From Flavobacteriales bacterium (lineage in GTDB: Bacteria; Bacteroidota; Bacteroidia; Flavobacteriales_D; Sanyastnellaceae), in NCBI GenBank assembly GCA_002862785.1, contig PKDZ01000015.1, positions 13,716 to 77,715 of the forward strand: a stretch of DNA of 64,000 bases, in the 5' to 3' direction. A model generated the notes under the pieces. That model ran no database searches. It was not told the DNA's origin and saw only the letters and a list, made by a program, of their open reading frames with translations. The stretch's first letter is position 1; each line of letters opens with the position of its first letter. A program made the translations under genes and the position numbers. This document shows, piece after piece, positions 1 to 10,274 of the stretch.

Positions 1-548
1 TCGACCTGTCTGAGCCCGTTTCGGCTGACTTCTCCGCCCCGTCTCCGTGGGCCGCGGAGGATGGCCCCGTGCCCTTCCAAAACCTCTCCGAGGGTGCGGG
101 TGGCTACTTCTGGAGCTTCGGGGACGGCTCGCCGTTGGACACGACCGCCTCGCCGTTCCACGACTTCCCCGTGGACAGCACATACACGGTGATCCTCACG
201 GCAGAAAGCGTGGATGGCATCTGCACGGATCAGGCGTCCCAGGAGGTCATCGTGGTGTTCCCCGACACGTCGACCATTGGAGTCGGCAAGGCACCCGCGC
301 CGGTTGGGATGGTGACTGCCGGTCCGATTCCCTTCGGCTTGGCCGGCCCCTTGCGTCTCGAGTCAGCGGCGGACCTGACCACATGGGCACTCGTGGATGC
401 ACTGGGCCGCACGGTGCGATCTGGTGGCCGTGTGGTGGCCGGCGCTCCTTGGACATTGGAGGCCGAAGGATTGGTTCCTGGGTGGCACGTCTTGGTCTGC
501 ACGGCCAGCGATGGCCGCCAGTGGAACCTCGAGGTGATGGTGGACTGA
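1..548 (+). CDS. Secreted protein, C-terminal fragment (PKD-like domain plus T9SS type A C-terminal sorting domain); 5' end is upstream of the window
   Basis: Frame 3 is open from nt 3. It has a PKD-like signature (FQNLSEGAGGYFWSFGDGS...STYTVILTAES). A roughly 80-aa tail follows (TWALVDALGRTV...GWHVLVC...LEVMVD) resembling Por_Secre_tail domains. Stop at 546-548. Confidence 0.7.
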   Translation, partial: DLSEPVSADFSAPSPWAAEDGPVPFQNLSEGAGGYFWSFGDGSPLDTTASPFHDFPVDSTYTVILTAESVDGICTDQASQEVIVVFPDTSTIGVGKAPAPVGMVTAGPIPFGLAGPLRLESAADLTTWALVDALGRTVRSGGRVVAGAPWTLEAEGLVPGWHVLVCTASDGRQWNLEVMVD

Positions 549-552
549 GTCG

Positions 553-1443
553 ATGCGGCCATCCCGGGCAATTCTCCTGCTCCATGCCACAGTGGTGGTG
601 TTTGGATTCACCGGGGTCCTCGGGAAGCTCATCGTGCTCCCTGCAGTGCCCTTGGTTTTTTGGCGGACCCTGATTGGGGCTCTTGGGCTCCACATCTGGA
701 TGCTGATTCGCCGGCGGGGGAGGGGCATCCCTTCAGACCTGACCCTGCCTGTGGCGGGGACCGGCGTCTTGGTGGCCCTTCATTGGGTGACGTTTTTCGC
801 TGCCATCAAGGCGTCCACGGTCTCCCTCGCCCTGGCCGTGATGGCGACCGCTCCCTTCTTTGTGGCCCTGATCGAACCCGTGATTCGTTGCCGCAAGCTG
901 GATCCCTCCGAGCTGCTGCTCGGCCTTGTGGCACTGTTTGGCCTGTGGTGGATGTACCGGGTGGACGTGAGCTATGGTTGGGGGATGGTGCTCGCGCTCA
1001 TCAGCTCGTTTTGTGCGGCGCTCTTCGGTACGCTCAACAGTGTGTGGAGCCAACGGGCGGCCTCGTTGTCCGTTTCGCGCCTTGAACTGGCGGTGGCCAG
1101 CCTCGTCTTGGGCATCGTGCTCCTCGCCACGGGAGAATGGTCGTCCTCGTGGCCGGGCCCGTCGGATTGGGGATGGCTGCTCTTGCTCGGCCTGATCGCC
1201 ACGTCGATGGCCTTCGCCATCACCGTGGAGGTGATGCGCGTCCTGAGTCCGTTCACGGTGGCCATGGCGATCAACCTCGAGCCGGTGTATGCCATCCTGC
1301 TGGCGCTGGTCGTCTTCGGGCAGGAAGAGGTCATGCCCTCCGGATTCTATGGCGGAGCCTGTGTGCTCATTCTGAGCGTCTTCCTCGATGTCTTCCTGAA
1401 GCGGCGCCGGGCGCGTGCCGCGGTCGAGGAGGTCACACCATGA
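553..1443 (+). CDS. EamA/DMT-family membrane transporter
   Basis: 296-aa ORF that is hydrophobic throughout (about 10 predicted helices) with a two-halves EamA-like organisation. The 3' end overlaps convergent hemW by 11 nt. Confidence 0.75.
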   Translation: MRPSRAILLLHATVVVFGFTGVLGKLIVLPAVPLVFWRTLIGALGLHIWMLIRRRGRGIPSDLTLPVAGTGVLVALHWVTFFAAIKASTVSLALAVMATAPFFVALIEPVIRCRKLDPSELLLGLVALFGLWWMYRVDVSYGWGMVLALISSFCAALFGTLNSVWSQRAASLSVSRLELAVASLVLGIVLLATGEWSSSWPGPSDWGWLLLLGLIATSMAFAITVEVMRVLSPFTVAMAINLEPVYAILLALVVFGQEEVMPSGFYGGACVLILSVFLDVFLKRRRARAAVEEVTP

Positions 1444-2554
1444 GCTCCAGGGTGGTGGCGTCCCCCAATGGCCACTGTGCTTCGGGGATGCGGAGTCGAC
1501 CATCCACCCATTCGCACCGCCCCGTGTCCAGCAGGCCTTGAAGCGCGGGTTGGGCGGTGACATCGAGGCCTGTCAGCTGGATGAGGTCCGCCGGGGCCAC
1601 CCCTTCCACGCGCCGCAATCCCGTGATCAACGCTTCGTTGAAACGGTTCTTCGCGCCGAGGGTCTCGGTTTCCTGCTGACCAGGGAAGTCGCTGGTTGTG
1701 GCGGCTTGGAGGTAGCGAGCATTGGATCGGGCATTCCACCACCTTCGTCCGTCGAGGAAGCTGTGGGCGCCGGGTCCGATTCCGAGGTAGGGCGTGCCAT
1801 TCCAGTATGCGCTGTTGTGGCGGCTTCGTCCTTCGGACCGGGCGAAATTGGAGACTTCGTAGTGCTCGAATCCCGCGCTCTTCGTCACCTCGCACAGTCG
1901 GGCATATTCTTCAAGGACCCGGTCGTCCGGGGGAGGGGAGAGGGTGCCGGAGGCCAATTGATGGCCGTACAGGGTCTTGGGTTCGGCCGTCAGGATGTAG
2001 CAGCTGAGGTGGTTGACCGGCAAGGTGCAGGCGAGGCCGAGGTCCTGCTCCCAGCGGTCTTCACCGCCGACGGGGACCCCATAGATGAGGTCGAGGGACA
2101 GGTGCTCGAATCCGGCTTCGGCGGCGCGTTCCACAGCGTTCTGGGCCCCAGCGGCGCCGTGCAGCCGGTTCATCCAATCGAGGACCTCGGGTTGGAAACT
2201 CTGGACGCCGATGCTCAGTCGGTCGACCCCGGCCGCCTTGAGCTCATCCAGGGTCTCGCGGTCCAAGTCTTCCGGATTGGCTTCCACGGTCCACTCTTCT
2301 AAGGCCCAGTCCGCGCCCTCCATGGCGGCAGCGGCGATGGCGGAGAGCTCAGCCGGGCGCAGCACACTGGGGGTGCCCCCGCCGAAATACAGCGTCGTGA
2401 AGGTCTGTCCCGACCAGGCAGGCAGGGCGGACCGAAGCTCGGCGATCAACGCCTGGACCATGTCTTCCCGGTCGCGGAGGCGGGTCGTGAAATGGAAGTC
2501 GCAATAGGTGCACGCGCGGGCGCAGAAGGGGATGTGCACATAGAGGCCGGCCAT
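1433..2554 (-). CDS. hemW: Radical SAM heme chaperone HemW (oxygen-independent coproporphyrinogen III oxidase-like)
   Basis: N-terminus is MAGLYVHIPFCARACTYCDFHF, carrying the CxxxCxxC radical-SAM motif. HemN-like body and C-terminal domain. I start at ATG 2554; the track ORF starts at TTG 2563. Confidence 0.85.
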   Translation of the reverse strand: MAGLYVHIPFCARACTYCDFHFTTRLRDREDMVQALIAELRSALPAWSGQTFTTLYFGGGTPSVLRPAELSAIAAAAMEGADWALEEWTVEANPEDLDRETLDELKAAGVDRLSIGVQSFQPEVLDWMNRLHGAAGAQNAVERAAEAGFEHLSLDLIYGVPVGGEDRWEQDLGLACTLPVNHLSCYILTAEPKTLYGHQLASGTLSPPPDDRVLEEYARLCEVTKSAGFEHYEVSNFARSEGRSRHNSAYWNGTPYLGIGPGAHSFLDGRRWWNARSNARYLQAATTSDFPGQQETETLGAKNRFNEALITGLRRVEGVAPADLIQLTGLDVTAQPALQGLLDTGRCEWVDGRLRIPEAQWPLGDATTLELMV

Positions 2555-2595
2555 GGCCTGCAATTTCGGTTGGGTTCGTGGGTAAATTGCCCACG

Positions 2596-3060
2596 ATGGC
2601 CACGCATCGTGATTCCAAGGGAAACCCCACTCCCACCGCGCCCGAAGGGTGGTCCGCGCATTGCGATGCGCGCGGGACGTGGTGGGTGCGCATCGGCCAC
2701 CGCAACCACAGGGTGGCGTTGAACCGCCTTGGCGAGGGGTCTTGGGACATCCAGCTCGAGGGAGCGTCCGATCAGTGGAACGTCCATGGCCTGCGCGAGC
2801 AGCTCATGGAGCGCATGGGCCTCGAGGAGGCTGGCGCAGCCGCATCGAAAGAGCTTCGCGCGCCTATGCCCGGCAAGGTGCTGGAGGTGTTGGTGGAGAC
2901 GGGCCAGCCCGTAGCGGAAGGCGACCCTTTGATCGTGCTGGAGGCGATGAAGATGGAAAACGTGCTCCGCGCCGGAGGCGAGGGCTCGATTGGCTCCATC
3001 CTGGTGTCGCCCGGTGAGGCGGTGGAGAAGGATGCCGTGCTGATTGCACTTGCAGATTGA
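2596..3060 (+). CDS. Biotin/lipoyl-attachment domain protein (biotin carboxyl carrier-like)
   Basis: C-terminal domain is APMPGKVLEVLVETGQPVAEGDPLIVLEAMKMEN...GEAVEKDAVLIAL, with the canonical EAMKM biotinylation motif. Start is uncertain (GTG 2578 or ATG 2596). Confidence 0.7.
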   Translation: MATHRDSKGNPTPTAPEGWSAHCDARGTWWVRIGHRNHRVALNRLGEGSWDIQLEGASDQWNVHGLREQLMERMGLEEAGAAASKELRAPMPGKVLEVLVETGQPVAEGDPLIVLEAMKMENVLRAGGEGSIGSILVSPGEAVEKDAVLIALAD

Positions 3061-3158
3061 CCGTCCGGGCAACGCACCCTGCACACCCGCCGTTGTGGAT
3101 AAACGATGACGGCCCGCGAGGGCGGGCCGCATGCTCGGCTACCTTCGATTATACACCC

Positions 3159-4157
3159 ATGTGCAGAATCACCACACGGCTGTTCCTCGGCGCATCGGCG
3201 CTCTGGATGGCCTCCATGCCGCTCTCCGCGCAGACTTGCTCGGACCCGCAGTTGCTCTGTCCCGAGGCTCCGCAATCGGTGTTCGTCCTCCCGGACGCGG
3301 ACGCCTTCCTCAATTTCGAGTGCATCGATGCGACCCATGTCGCCGTCATGCGCTTTCGTTCCGACCACGATTTCGCGAATCCCGGCAGTGCCCGCATCCG
3401 CATTTCGCAGGTGTCCTGCGAGGGTGCCGCCGGTCCGGACACCCTGTCTGCTGTGGTGGTCAGCGCCACGGGCGACCCGTGTGATCCGGCGGCCATCACG
3501 GCGATGGGCCCGTGCATTTCCGGGACGGATGATCTCGTGTGGGAGTCTTCCATGCTCGACCATAACAGCGAGTACTTCCTGCTCATCGGCACCCAGCATG
3601 ATCCCGCAGACACGCTCTGTGCGATGGTGGTGGAGCTCGAGGGAGACGGCGTCACGATGGACGCCTGTTGCAACCACACCCTGATTCCTGGATCCTCGGC
3701 TGATTTGACGGTGGTGGGCGGCGACCCGGCCTTCGGCTATGTGTGGTCTCCGGATTTCTACCTCTCCGATCCCGATGCGGCCACCACGACCGTGACCCCG
3801 GCCGAGACCATCACCTACCAAGTCGACGGCCAGATCGGAGACTGTCAGGTCAGCAGCTCGGTGACCGTGACGGTAGGCTCACCCATCAGCGTGCCGAACA
3901 GCTTTACGCCCAACGGCGACAACGTGAATGACTTCTGGGGGATTGACGGCATCGCCGCCTTCCCGGGGGCCAAGGTGGAGGTATTCAACCGCTGGGGCCA
4001 ATTGGTCCACCGCTCACTTGGCTACGCCCAACCCTGGGATGGCACGGGGCGCTCCGGGAATCCCCTGACCCCGGGCACGTACTACTACGTCATCGAACTC
4101 AACGACGCGGACCTCCCCCTTCCGCCGGAAACCGGCCACGTGGCGATCATCCGATGA
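3159..4157 (+). CDS. T9SS type B C-terminal sorting domain protein (gliding-motility-associated CTD), Cys-rich N-terminal domain of unknown function
   Basis: Signal peptide MCRITTRLFLGASALWMASMPLSAQ from ATG 3159. C-terminus is SFTPNGDNVNDFWGI...VEVFNRWGQLV...GTYYYVIEL, a CHU_C/type B CTD signature. Confidence 0.8.
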   Translation: MCRITTRLFLGASALWMASMPLSAQTCSDPQLLCPEAPQSVFVLPDADAFLNFECIDATHVAVMRFRSDHDFANPGSARIRISQVSCEGAAGPDTLSAVVVSATGDPCDPAAITAMGPCISGTDDLVWESSMLDHNSEYFLLIGTQHDPADTLCAMVVELEGDGVTMDACCNHTLIPGSSADLTVVGGDPAFGYVWSPDFYLSDPDAATTTVTPAETITYQVDGQIGDCQVSSSVTVTVGSPISVPNSFTPNGDNVNDFWGIDGIAAFPGAKVEVFNRWGQLVHRSLGYAQPWDGTGRSGNPLTPGTYYYVIELNDADLPLPPETGHVAIIR

Positions 4158-5107
4158 AGATCTTCCGTTTCACATTCCGCTTCGCCGCCGTCCTCGGCCT
4201 CGTCACGGCCATTCTCGGGACGACCGATGCTCAGCAGCTTCCGCTGCGCACCAACTGGCAGTTCAACTATTTCCAGGAGAACCCCGCCTTCGCAGGCTTC
4301 TCCGATTGCCTCGAGCTCAAGGCGGGTTATCGCCAGCAGTGGGCAGGCTTTGACGGCGCCCCTCAGACGGCATTTGCCAACCTGCAAGGCGAAATCGCCC
4401 GATCACCTGGCGGCAACATTCATGGGTTCGGTGGCCGCGTCACGGATGACTCCGCAGGACCCTATGGCTTCACACAATTGGACCTGGCTTACGCCTACCA
4501 CATGAAGATGGCACAGGGCTGGCGATTGGCGGCCGGTGCCGCTTTCGGGTTCATGCAGTACCGGCTTGCCCTCGGCGAGATCGTGTTGCCGGATTTTCAG
4601 GCGGGCAACGACCCGGCCATCACGTCCAACGCCAATCAGCTGCTGGCTCCGACGCTCGATTTTGGCGTCTGGACCTACAACAAGTACACCTTCTGGGGCC
4701 TCTCGGTCCAGAATCTGATTGAGCCGTCGGTCGACCAGTGGGGTCTGGACACCCGGTTCCGACGCCATGTGGGCTTCTACGGCGGGTCCTTGATCCGCCT
4801 CGAGGGGCCGTGGAGCTTCCATCCCGCGGGCTCTTTGCGGTTCTCGGCTGGAGCGCCCGTCGCCGTGGACGTCCAGGCGTTGTTCGATTACGATGAGGTC
4901 ATCCGGTTCGGCGTGGCCTACCGCAACGAGACGGCGTTGAGTGGACTCTTCACTTTGAAGCTGATGGAAAACGTCACCGTAAGCTACGCGTACGACTGGA
5001 ATGTCGGCCCACTGAGTCAGGCGGCTTCCAGCACGCACGAATTCACCCTGGGCATCCTCGCCTGCCCCGTCAAGGGCAGCCACGTCCCCTGCGCCGCATT
5101 CCAGTGA
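4154..5107 (+). CDS. Type IX secretion system membrane protein, PorP/SprF family
   Basis: Signal peptide, then FQENPAFAG...LKAGYRQQWAGFDGAPQT...D.AGPYG, the PorP_SprF signature. The ATG overlaps the upstream stop (ATGA at 4154-4157). Confidence 0.85.
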   Translation: MKIFRFTFRFAAVLGLVTAILGTTDAQQLPLRTNWQFNYFQENPAFAGFSDCLELKAGYRQQWAGFDGAPQTAFANLQGEIARSPGGNIHGFGGRVTDDSAGPYGFTQLDLAYAYHMKMAQGWRLAAGAAFGFMQYRLALGEIVLPDFQAGNDPAITSNANQLLAPTLDFGVWTYNKYTFWGLSVQNLIEPSVDQWGLDTRFRRHVGFYGGSLIRLEGPWSFHPAGSLRFSAGAPVAVDVQALFDYDEVIRFGVAYRNETALSGLFTLKLMENVTVSYAYDWNVGPLSQAASSTHEFTLGILACPVKGSHVPCAAFQ

Positions 5108-5156
5108 TGAGAATGGAACCTCAACCCATCCCGTCCGTAGAGGAAACGTCACGCTG

Positions 5157-8100
5157 ATGAACCTCCCCCCCAGAGCATACGGCCCCTCCTCCTCCTTGCA
5201 ACGGCAGGGCTCCGGTTTCGGCCTGTTCCTGCTCCTCCTGTTTTCAAGTCTCTACAGCCCGGCGGTGGCGCAGTGTCCCGATGAGATCGAGGTGCTCCAG
5301 CCCATTTCCTGCAGTGGGGCCGATGACGGGGTCCTGACGGTTGCGCTTCCGGATGGTGTCGACGGCGCTGATGTGTATTGGCTGATCGAGGGAGACACCC
5401 TCTTCGGGGCCGTCCAGTCGGGCCTCGGGCCGGGCAGTTACTTGGCTTTCGTCCCGGGGTGCTCGGCGCTGGGCGCCACGCTCAACGAGCCGTTCCCCTT
5501 CTTCATCTCGGCTGCGGTTTTGCAACTGCCGACCTGCGACGCCCCGTGTTCGGGTGAGGTTTCCGTCACACCCAACTTCGGCGTCGAACCCATCACGTAC
5601 AGCTGGTCCCATGACGCCGTGGAAACCGGTCCGGTGGGCACCGGCATCTGTGAGCAGGTGGTCGTGGTGTCCGCGACGGACGGCAATGGCTGCAGCGACC
5701 AGGACATCACGGTGGTGGAGATCCCGCCGGTCGAGGTCATGGCCTTCGGCACGGACCCCACCTGCAACGGGTTTGATGACGGTTCCGTGTCGGCCGTGGC
5801 CACCGGAGGTCTGGGTGGTGCGTTTGCCTTTTCTTGGACGGACGGGCAAGGGAACCCCATCGGCAACGGAGCCGACCTCACCGGCCTGCTGGCGGGGGCC
5901 TATACCGTCACCGCAACGGACACTGGAGGCTGCGCCCTGTCCACCACCGTCACCTTGAATGATCCTCCGCCCGTCGACGTTGAAACAGGGTCGTTGCCCG
6001 TGTCTTGCAATGGCGATGCGGACGGCACCGTCTGGGCGGTGTTCGCTGGAGCCGTGCTGTACGAGTGGACCGGCCCCGGGGGGTTCTCCACCATTGGAGC
6101 GGCACTGGACACGCTGACCGGTCTGGCACCAGGCACCTATGCAGTCGAGGTCACCGCATCGGACGGTTGCTTGGGCATGGGCGTGGCGACCGTGGAGGAA
6201 CCGGACGTCCTGTCTGCCGAGTCCTTCTTGTCCGCCCCGACTTGTCCAGGCCTGTCCGATGGCACGGTGGGAGTGGTCCCGGTGGGCGGCACAGCCCCCT
6301 ACACGGTCATCTGGACCCTGCCAGACGGCGGCTCTGCGACCGGGGAGTTCCTGAATGGCCAATCCGCGGGACTGTATGCTTACGACGTGACCGATGCGGC
6401 AGGTTGCACGGCATCCGGTTCGGTGGAGCTGACAGAACCGGAGGCCATCACGGTGGACTTCGACATCACGCCCCCGCCCTGTGCTGTTGGGGTCGGCGCA
6501 GATGCTGGCGCCATCACCGCCATCGTGACGGGTGGACTCGCGCCACATTCGGCGACGTGGCTCGACCTCGAGTCTCTGGCGTTCATCGGCACAGGGTTGA
6601 CCCAGACCGGCTTGACCACGGGGCTTTACGGAGTGAGCATTGCAGATCAACTGGGGTGCACGCTCGATACGCTCGTCTTGCTGGACGGCCCCGACAGCCT
6701 GACCATATCCGTGCTGGCCACCATGCCTTCCTGCTTCGGCGATGAGGACGGAACCGCCCTGGCGGTGGTCGAGGGAGGGGCTCCGGCCGTCAGCGTCGTG
6801 TGGACTGGGGATGTGGCCCCGACCATCGGATTGTCCATGACGGGACTGGGCACGGGAGAGTACACCGCCACCGCCACCGATGCCAACGGGTGCATGGCCG
6901 AAACCGCCTTCATCCTTCAGGAACCCGAGCCCCTCGTCTTCGAGGTGGAGACGACTCCGGTGGGGTGTGATGGGGCCGATGGCGCCCTTTCCTCCACGGT
7001 GGCTGGGGGCATCCCCGAGTACACTGTCCTCTGGACGGGGCCAGAAGGCGAATTGGGCAATGGGCTGGAGTTGAGCGGCTTGGAAGCAGGGGCCTATGAA
7101 GGCAACCTGACCGATGCCAATGGATGCATGGTCTCGTGGTCCGGAGACCTCCTTTCCCTGCCGCCCGTCGAGGTCTCCGCTGTGGTGACCGTGGTGGATT
7201 GTGAAACCGGTTCAGCTGCCTTGGCTGTGAGCGCCACCGGAGGAGAAGACCCCTTGGATTTGACCCTCGAGGGGCCGTCCGGAACCGTGTCCGAATCGGA
7301 TTGGATGTCCCTTCCTCCAGGCGCGTATACACTCTCCGCCAGCGATGCCCGCGGGTGCACAGCGGACACGGCCTGGACCGTGAACCCCGCCCTCATCGTC
7401 GAGACTTCCTCTTTGCCGGAGGGCTGCACCGGGCCCGGAGAGATTGCCGTCACCACCTCGGGGGGGACGGGATCCAATGATTTCAACACCGACCCCGTGG
7501 GCGCCCCCACCACCTCGGACGACAGTTCGGCTGTGTGGTCGGGCCTGACGGCCGGGGTCTATACCGTCTCTGTTTCGGATGGGGTCTGTTCCGTCGATAC
7601 GGAGATCGACCTGGCGGGCTTCACTGTATTCGATTGGACCGTGACGTCCTTTGATTACGCGTGTGAGTTCGCGCCAGGGGTTATTTCGGTGCTCGTTTCC
7701 GGCGGGGCGGAACCGCTGGTCATCGCCGGCGCTTCGTCGGATGGAAGCCTCACTTGGGCTGCGGCCGACACGGTGGGACTGCCCGCTGGGGACTACACAC
7801 TGACCGTGACGGATGCCGCTGGGTGCCTCCGGGACACCACGATCATCATCGACGCACTTCCCCCCTTGACGCTCTCGGCCATTGGCTCCTCCATCAGTTG
7901 CCATGGAGCGGAAGACGGCACCATCGAGGTCATGGCATCCGGTGGCTCCGAACCCCTCGTTTTGGGTGCGGAAGGCCCAAGCGGTCTGTTGCTCGAACCG
8001 TTCGAATCCCTCTCCGCCGGAACCTACATCGTCGGGGTGGTGGACGCCCGAGGCTGCCTCGCGGACACCACGCTCACCTTGGTGGAGCCAGACCCCATCA

Positions 8101-10274
8101 CCGTTGTGGCCACGGCGACGCCGGAGAGCTGCGAGGGCACGGCAGACGGCACCGCCGTGATTGACGCCGACGGAGGCACAGCGCCCTTGACCATCCAATG
8201 GGACGGAGGCCCGCAGGACTCGCTTTGGACGGGACTGGCGGCCGGGTCATACGCCTGGACCGTGGTTGACGCCCAAGGCTGCGACACGTCGGGCACGGTG
8301 ACCGTGGAGCCGGGCGGCGGACTCGATGTGCTGGTGGACGTGGAGATTGAGGCGTGCGAGGGTGCCGAGGCGTTGGCCTCGATTCACCTGAGCGTGACGG
8401 GCAATGTGGATTCGGCCACGGTTCTGCTCGGTGGCCTGCCCGCCGATGAAGTGACCTCTTCGGGAACGTCCGGCGTCTGGACCTGGACGGGACTGCCTTC
8501 CGGCGTGTACGGTTGGACGGCCTCACTCGGGCCGGACTGTGCGACCTCCGGCGTGGCCGAAGTGGACTTGCCGGCTCCTCTGAGCTGGTCCGGATTGGTC
8601 GAGCAGCCTGTGTGTTCCGGAGACAGCGGTGTGGTGGTGGCCTCTTCTGAAGGTGGCTCCCTTCCTGTCGCATGGGCATGGTCCGGGGTGTCCGTGGCCG
8701 GCGACACCTTGGTGGGAACCGGAGCGGATTCCGGCGCTTTGCCGGCGGGGCAATATGACTTCGTCGTCACCGACTCCCTGGGGTGCTCCCTCCTCGAACC
8801 AATCACGATTGAAGCTGAGTCCAACGGGTTGGCTGTGGAGGTGTCCCTCACCCAGCCCAGCTGCGGGGGCGCCTTGGTCGGCGAAGCGACCGTGTCCCCG
8901 ACTGGAGGCCTGCCGCCGTATGACATTACTGTGGAGGGCGCGGCGGACAGCCTCTTTCTGCCCTTCCTCGTGCCGGGCACTTACCCCTTTACCCTGACGG
9001 ATTCTGTGGGATGTACCGTGGGCGACACCATCACCATCGACCCGGCCAGCGACTTTGAGCTCATCGCCGATGTGGACTCCGCCACCTGCTTCAACAGCGA
9101 GGACGGCCTCATTCTGCTCGAGACCCTCAACGGCGTGGGCGAGGCGGAATTCACCTTTGTCGGCCCCTTCGGTGCGGTGCCGACCACGGATTCTATTCCC
9201 GACCTCATGGCCGGGGTGTACGAGATCACCGCCCTCGATGAGGCGGGTTGCCCGGCTGTTCTGCTGGTTTCGGTGGGCGCTCCGCCCCCCATCGTGGTGC
9301 TGTTGGATAGCTTAGACCGTCCCAGTTGTGCCGGAGACCTCGATGGCGCCTTGTCCGTCACGACAGAAGGTGGCGCGGGAACGGGATTCGACATCCAATG
9401 GACCGTCGACGCCCTGCCCGCTGGGCAGGGCCCCCAGCTCAATGGCATTGGGGAAGGGGTGTACGCCGTGGTGGTGACCGATTCCGCCGGCTGTACAGGA
9501 GACATCGCGTCCATTCCGCTCGTCGCCGAAGGCGATGTGACCTTGACGGTCCCTGCGGACACTTCCCTCTGCGCGGGACTTCCGCTCCAACTCGAGGCGA
9601 TGGCCGAGGGCGCCACCGAGCTCGGCTGGTCCTTGCCGGGAGGCGAGACCGGTGTGGGCCTCGTTGCAGCCGTGGCCGAATTGACGGCCGGGGAGGGGCA
9701 TTGGATCTTCACCGCTTCCCGACTGGGATGCGTCCGAACGGATTCCGTGACCGTCACGGGCTGGGCCCTGCCGACGCTGGATGCTGGGCCGGACCAGATC
9801 GTGCCGGAAGGCGGCACGGCTTCCATCGGAGGTGCGGGCAATCCGGAATGGGAGCACGCGTGGGAACCGGCATTGGATGTGGTGTCCCCGGAAGCGGCTG
9901 CCACCGCCACGGAAGCCCTGTTCTCCGCGACGGAATTCATCCTCACGGCCACCACACTGGATGGCTGCGCTGCGAGTGACACGGTGTTCGTGGACGTCCT
10001 TCTCGAACTGGACATCCCCTCGGGGTTCACTCCCAACGCCGACGGCATCAACGACGCCTGGAACCTGGGCGGCCTCGACCAGTATCCGAGTGCCGAGATC
10101 ACCTTGTTCAACCGGTGGGGCGCTGTGTTGCTGACCTACGGGTCCACCGACGGGTCGTGGGATGGCAACCTCAACGGAATTCCGGTTCCTGTGGGGACCT
10201 ATTACTATCACATCCGGGTCAATGAGCCTGCCCTGCAGGCCGAGTGGACCGGACCCATCACCCTGATGCGATGA
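5157..10274 (+). CDS. Large cell-surface adhesin with SprB-type repeats and a T9SS type B C-terminal sorting domain
   Basis: 1705 aa with a signal peptide. About 17-18 repeats of roughly 75-85 aa, pattern C.G..DG...GG..P..W......L..L.AG.Y.V.V.D..GC. C-terminus is FTPNADGINDAWNLGG...ITLFNRWGAVL...GTYYYHI. Confidence 0.9.
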   Translation: MNLPPRAYGPSSSLQRQGSGFGLFLLLLFSSLYSPAVAQCPDEIEVLQPISCSGADDGVLTVALPDGVDGADVYWLIEGDTLFGAVQSGLGPGSYLAFVPGCSALGATLNEPFPFFISAAVLQLPTCDAPCSGEVSVTPNFGVEPITYSWSHDAVETGPVGTGICEQVVVVSATDGNGCSDQDITVVEIPPVEVMAFGTDPTCNGFDDGSVSAVATGGLGGAFAFSWTDGQGNPIGNGADLTGLLAGAYTVTATDTGGCALSTTVTLNDPPPVDVETGSLPVSCNGDADGTVWAVFAGAVLYEWTGPGGFSTIGAALDTLTGLAPGTYAVEVTASDGCLGMGVATVEEPDVLSAESFLSAPTCPGLSDGTVGVVPVGGTAPYTVIWTLPDGGSATGEFLNGQSAGLYAYDVTDAAGCTASGSVELTEPEAITVDFDITPPPCAVGVGADAGAITAIVTGGLAPHSATWLDLESLAFIGTGLTQTGLTTGLYGVSIADQLGCTLDTLVLLDGPDSLTISVLATMPSCFGDEDGTALAVVEGGAPAVSVVWTGDVAPTIGLSMTGLGTGEYTATATDANGCMAETAFILQEPEPLVFEVETTPVGCDGADGALSSTVAGGIPEYTVLWTGPEGELGNGLELSGLEAGAYEGNLTDANGCMVSWSGDLLSLPPVEVSAVVTVVDCETGSAALAVSATGGEDPLDLTLEGPSGTVSESDWMSLPPGAYTLSASDARGCTADTAWTVNPALIVETSSLPEGCTGPGEIAVTTSGGTGSNDFNTDPVGAPTTSDDSSAVWSGLTAGVYTVSVSDGVCSVDTEIDLAGFTVFDWTVTSFDYACEFAPGVISVLVSGGAEPLVIAGASSDGSLTWAAADTVGLPAGDYTLTVTDAAGCLRDTTIIIDALPPLTLSAIGSSISCHGAEDGTIEVMASGGSEPLVLGAEGPSGLLLEPFESLSAGTYIVGVVDARGCLADTTLTLVEPDPITVVATATPESCEGTADGTAVIDADGGTAPLTIQWDGGPQDSLWTGLAAGSYAWTVVDAQGCDTSGTVTVEPGGGLDVLVDVEIEACEGAEALASIHLSVTGNVDSATVLLGGLPADEVTSSGTSGVWTWTGLPSGVYGWTASLGPDCATSGVAEVDLPAPLSWSGLVEQPVCSGDSGVVVASSEGGSLPVAWAWSGVSVAGDTLVGTGADSGALPAGQYDFVVTDSLGCSLLEPITIEAESNGLAVEVSLTQPSCGGALVGEATVSPTGGLPPYDITVEGAADSLFLPFLVPGTYPFTLTDSVGCTVGDTITIDPASDFELIADVDSATCFNSEDGLILLETLNGVGEAEFTFVGPFGAVPTTDSIPDLMAGVYEITALDEAGCPAVLLVSVGAPPPIVVLLDSLDRPSCAGDLDGALSVTTEGGAGTGFDIQWTVDALPAGQGPQLNGIGEGVYAVVVTDSAGCTGDIASIPLVAEGDVTLTVPADTSLCAGLPLQLEAMAEGATELGWSLPGGETGVGLVAAVAELTAGEGHWIFTASRLGCVRTDSVTVTGWALPTLDAGPDQIVPEGGTASIGGAGNPEWEHAWEPALDVVSPEAAATATEALFSATEFILTATTLDGCAASDTVFVDVLLELDIPSGFTPNADGINDAWNLGGLDQYPSAEITLFNRWGAVLLTYGSTDGSWDGNLNGIPVPVGTYYYHIRVNEPALQAEWTGPITLMR

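Noticed and set aside
5157-10274. The periodic structure in the adhesin gene as a possible CRISPR-like or phase-variable DNA repeat.
   Set aside because: The periodicity is at the protein-domain level (about 230-250 nt, diverged). There are no short identical direct repeats with unique spacers and no cas genes in the window.
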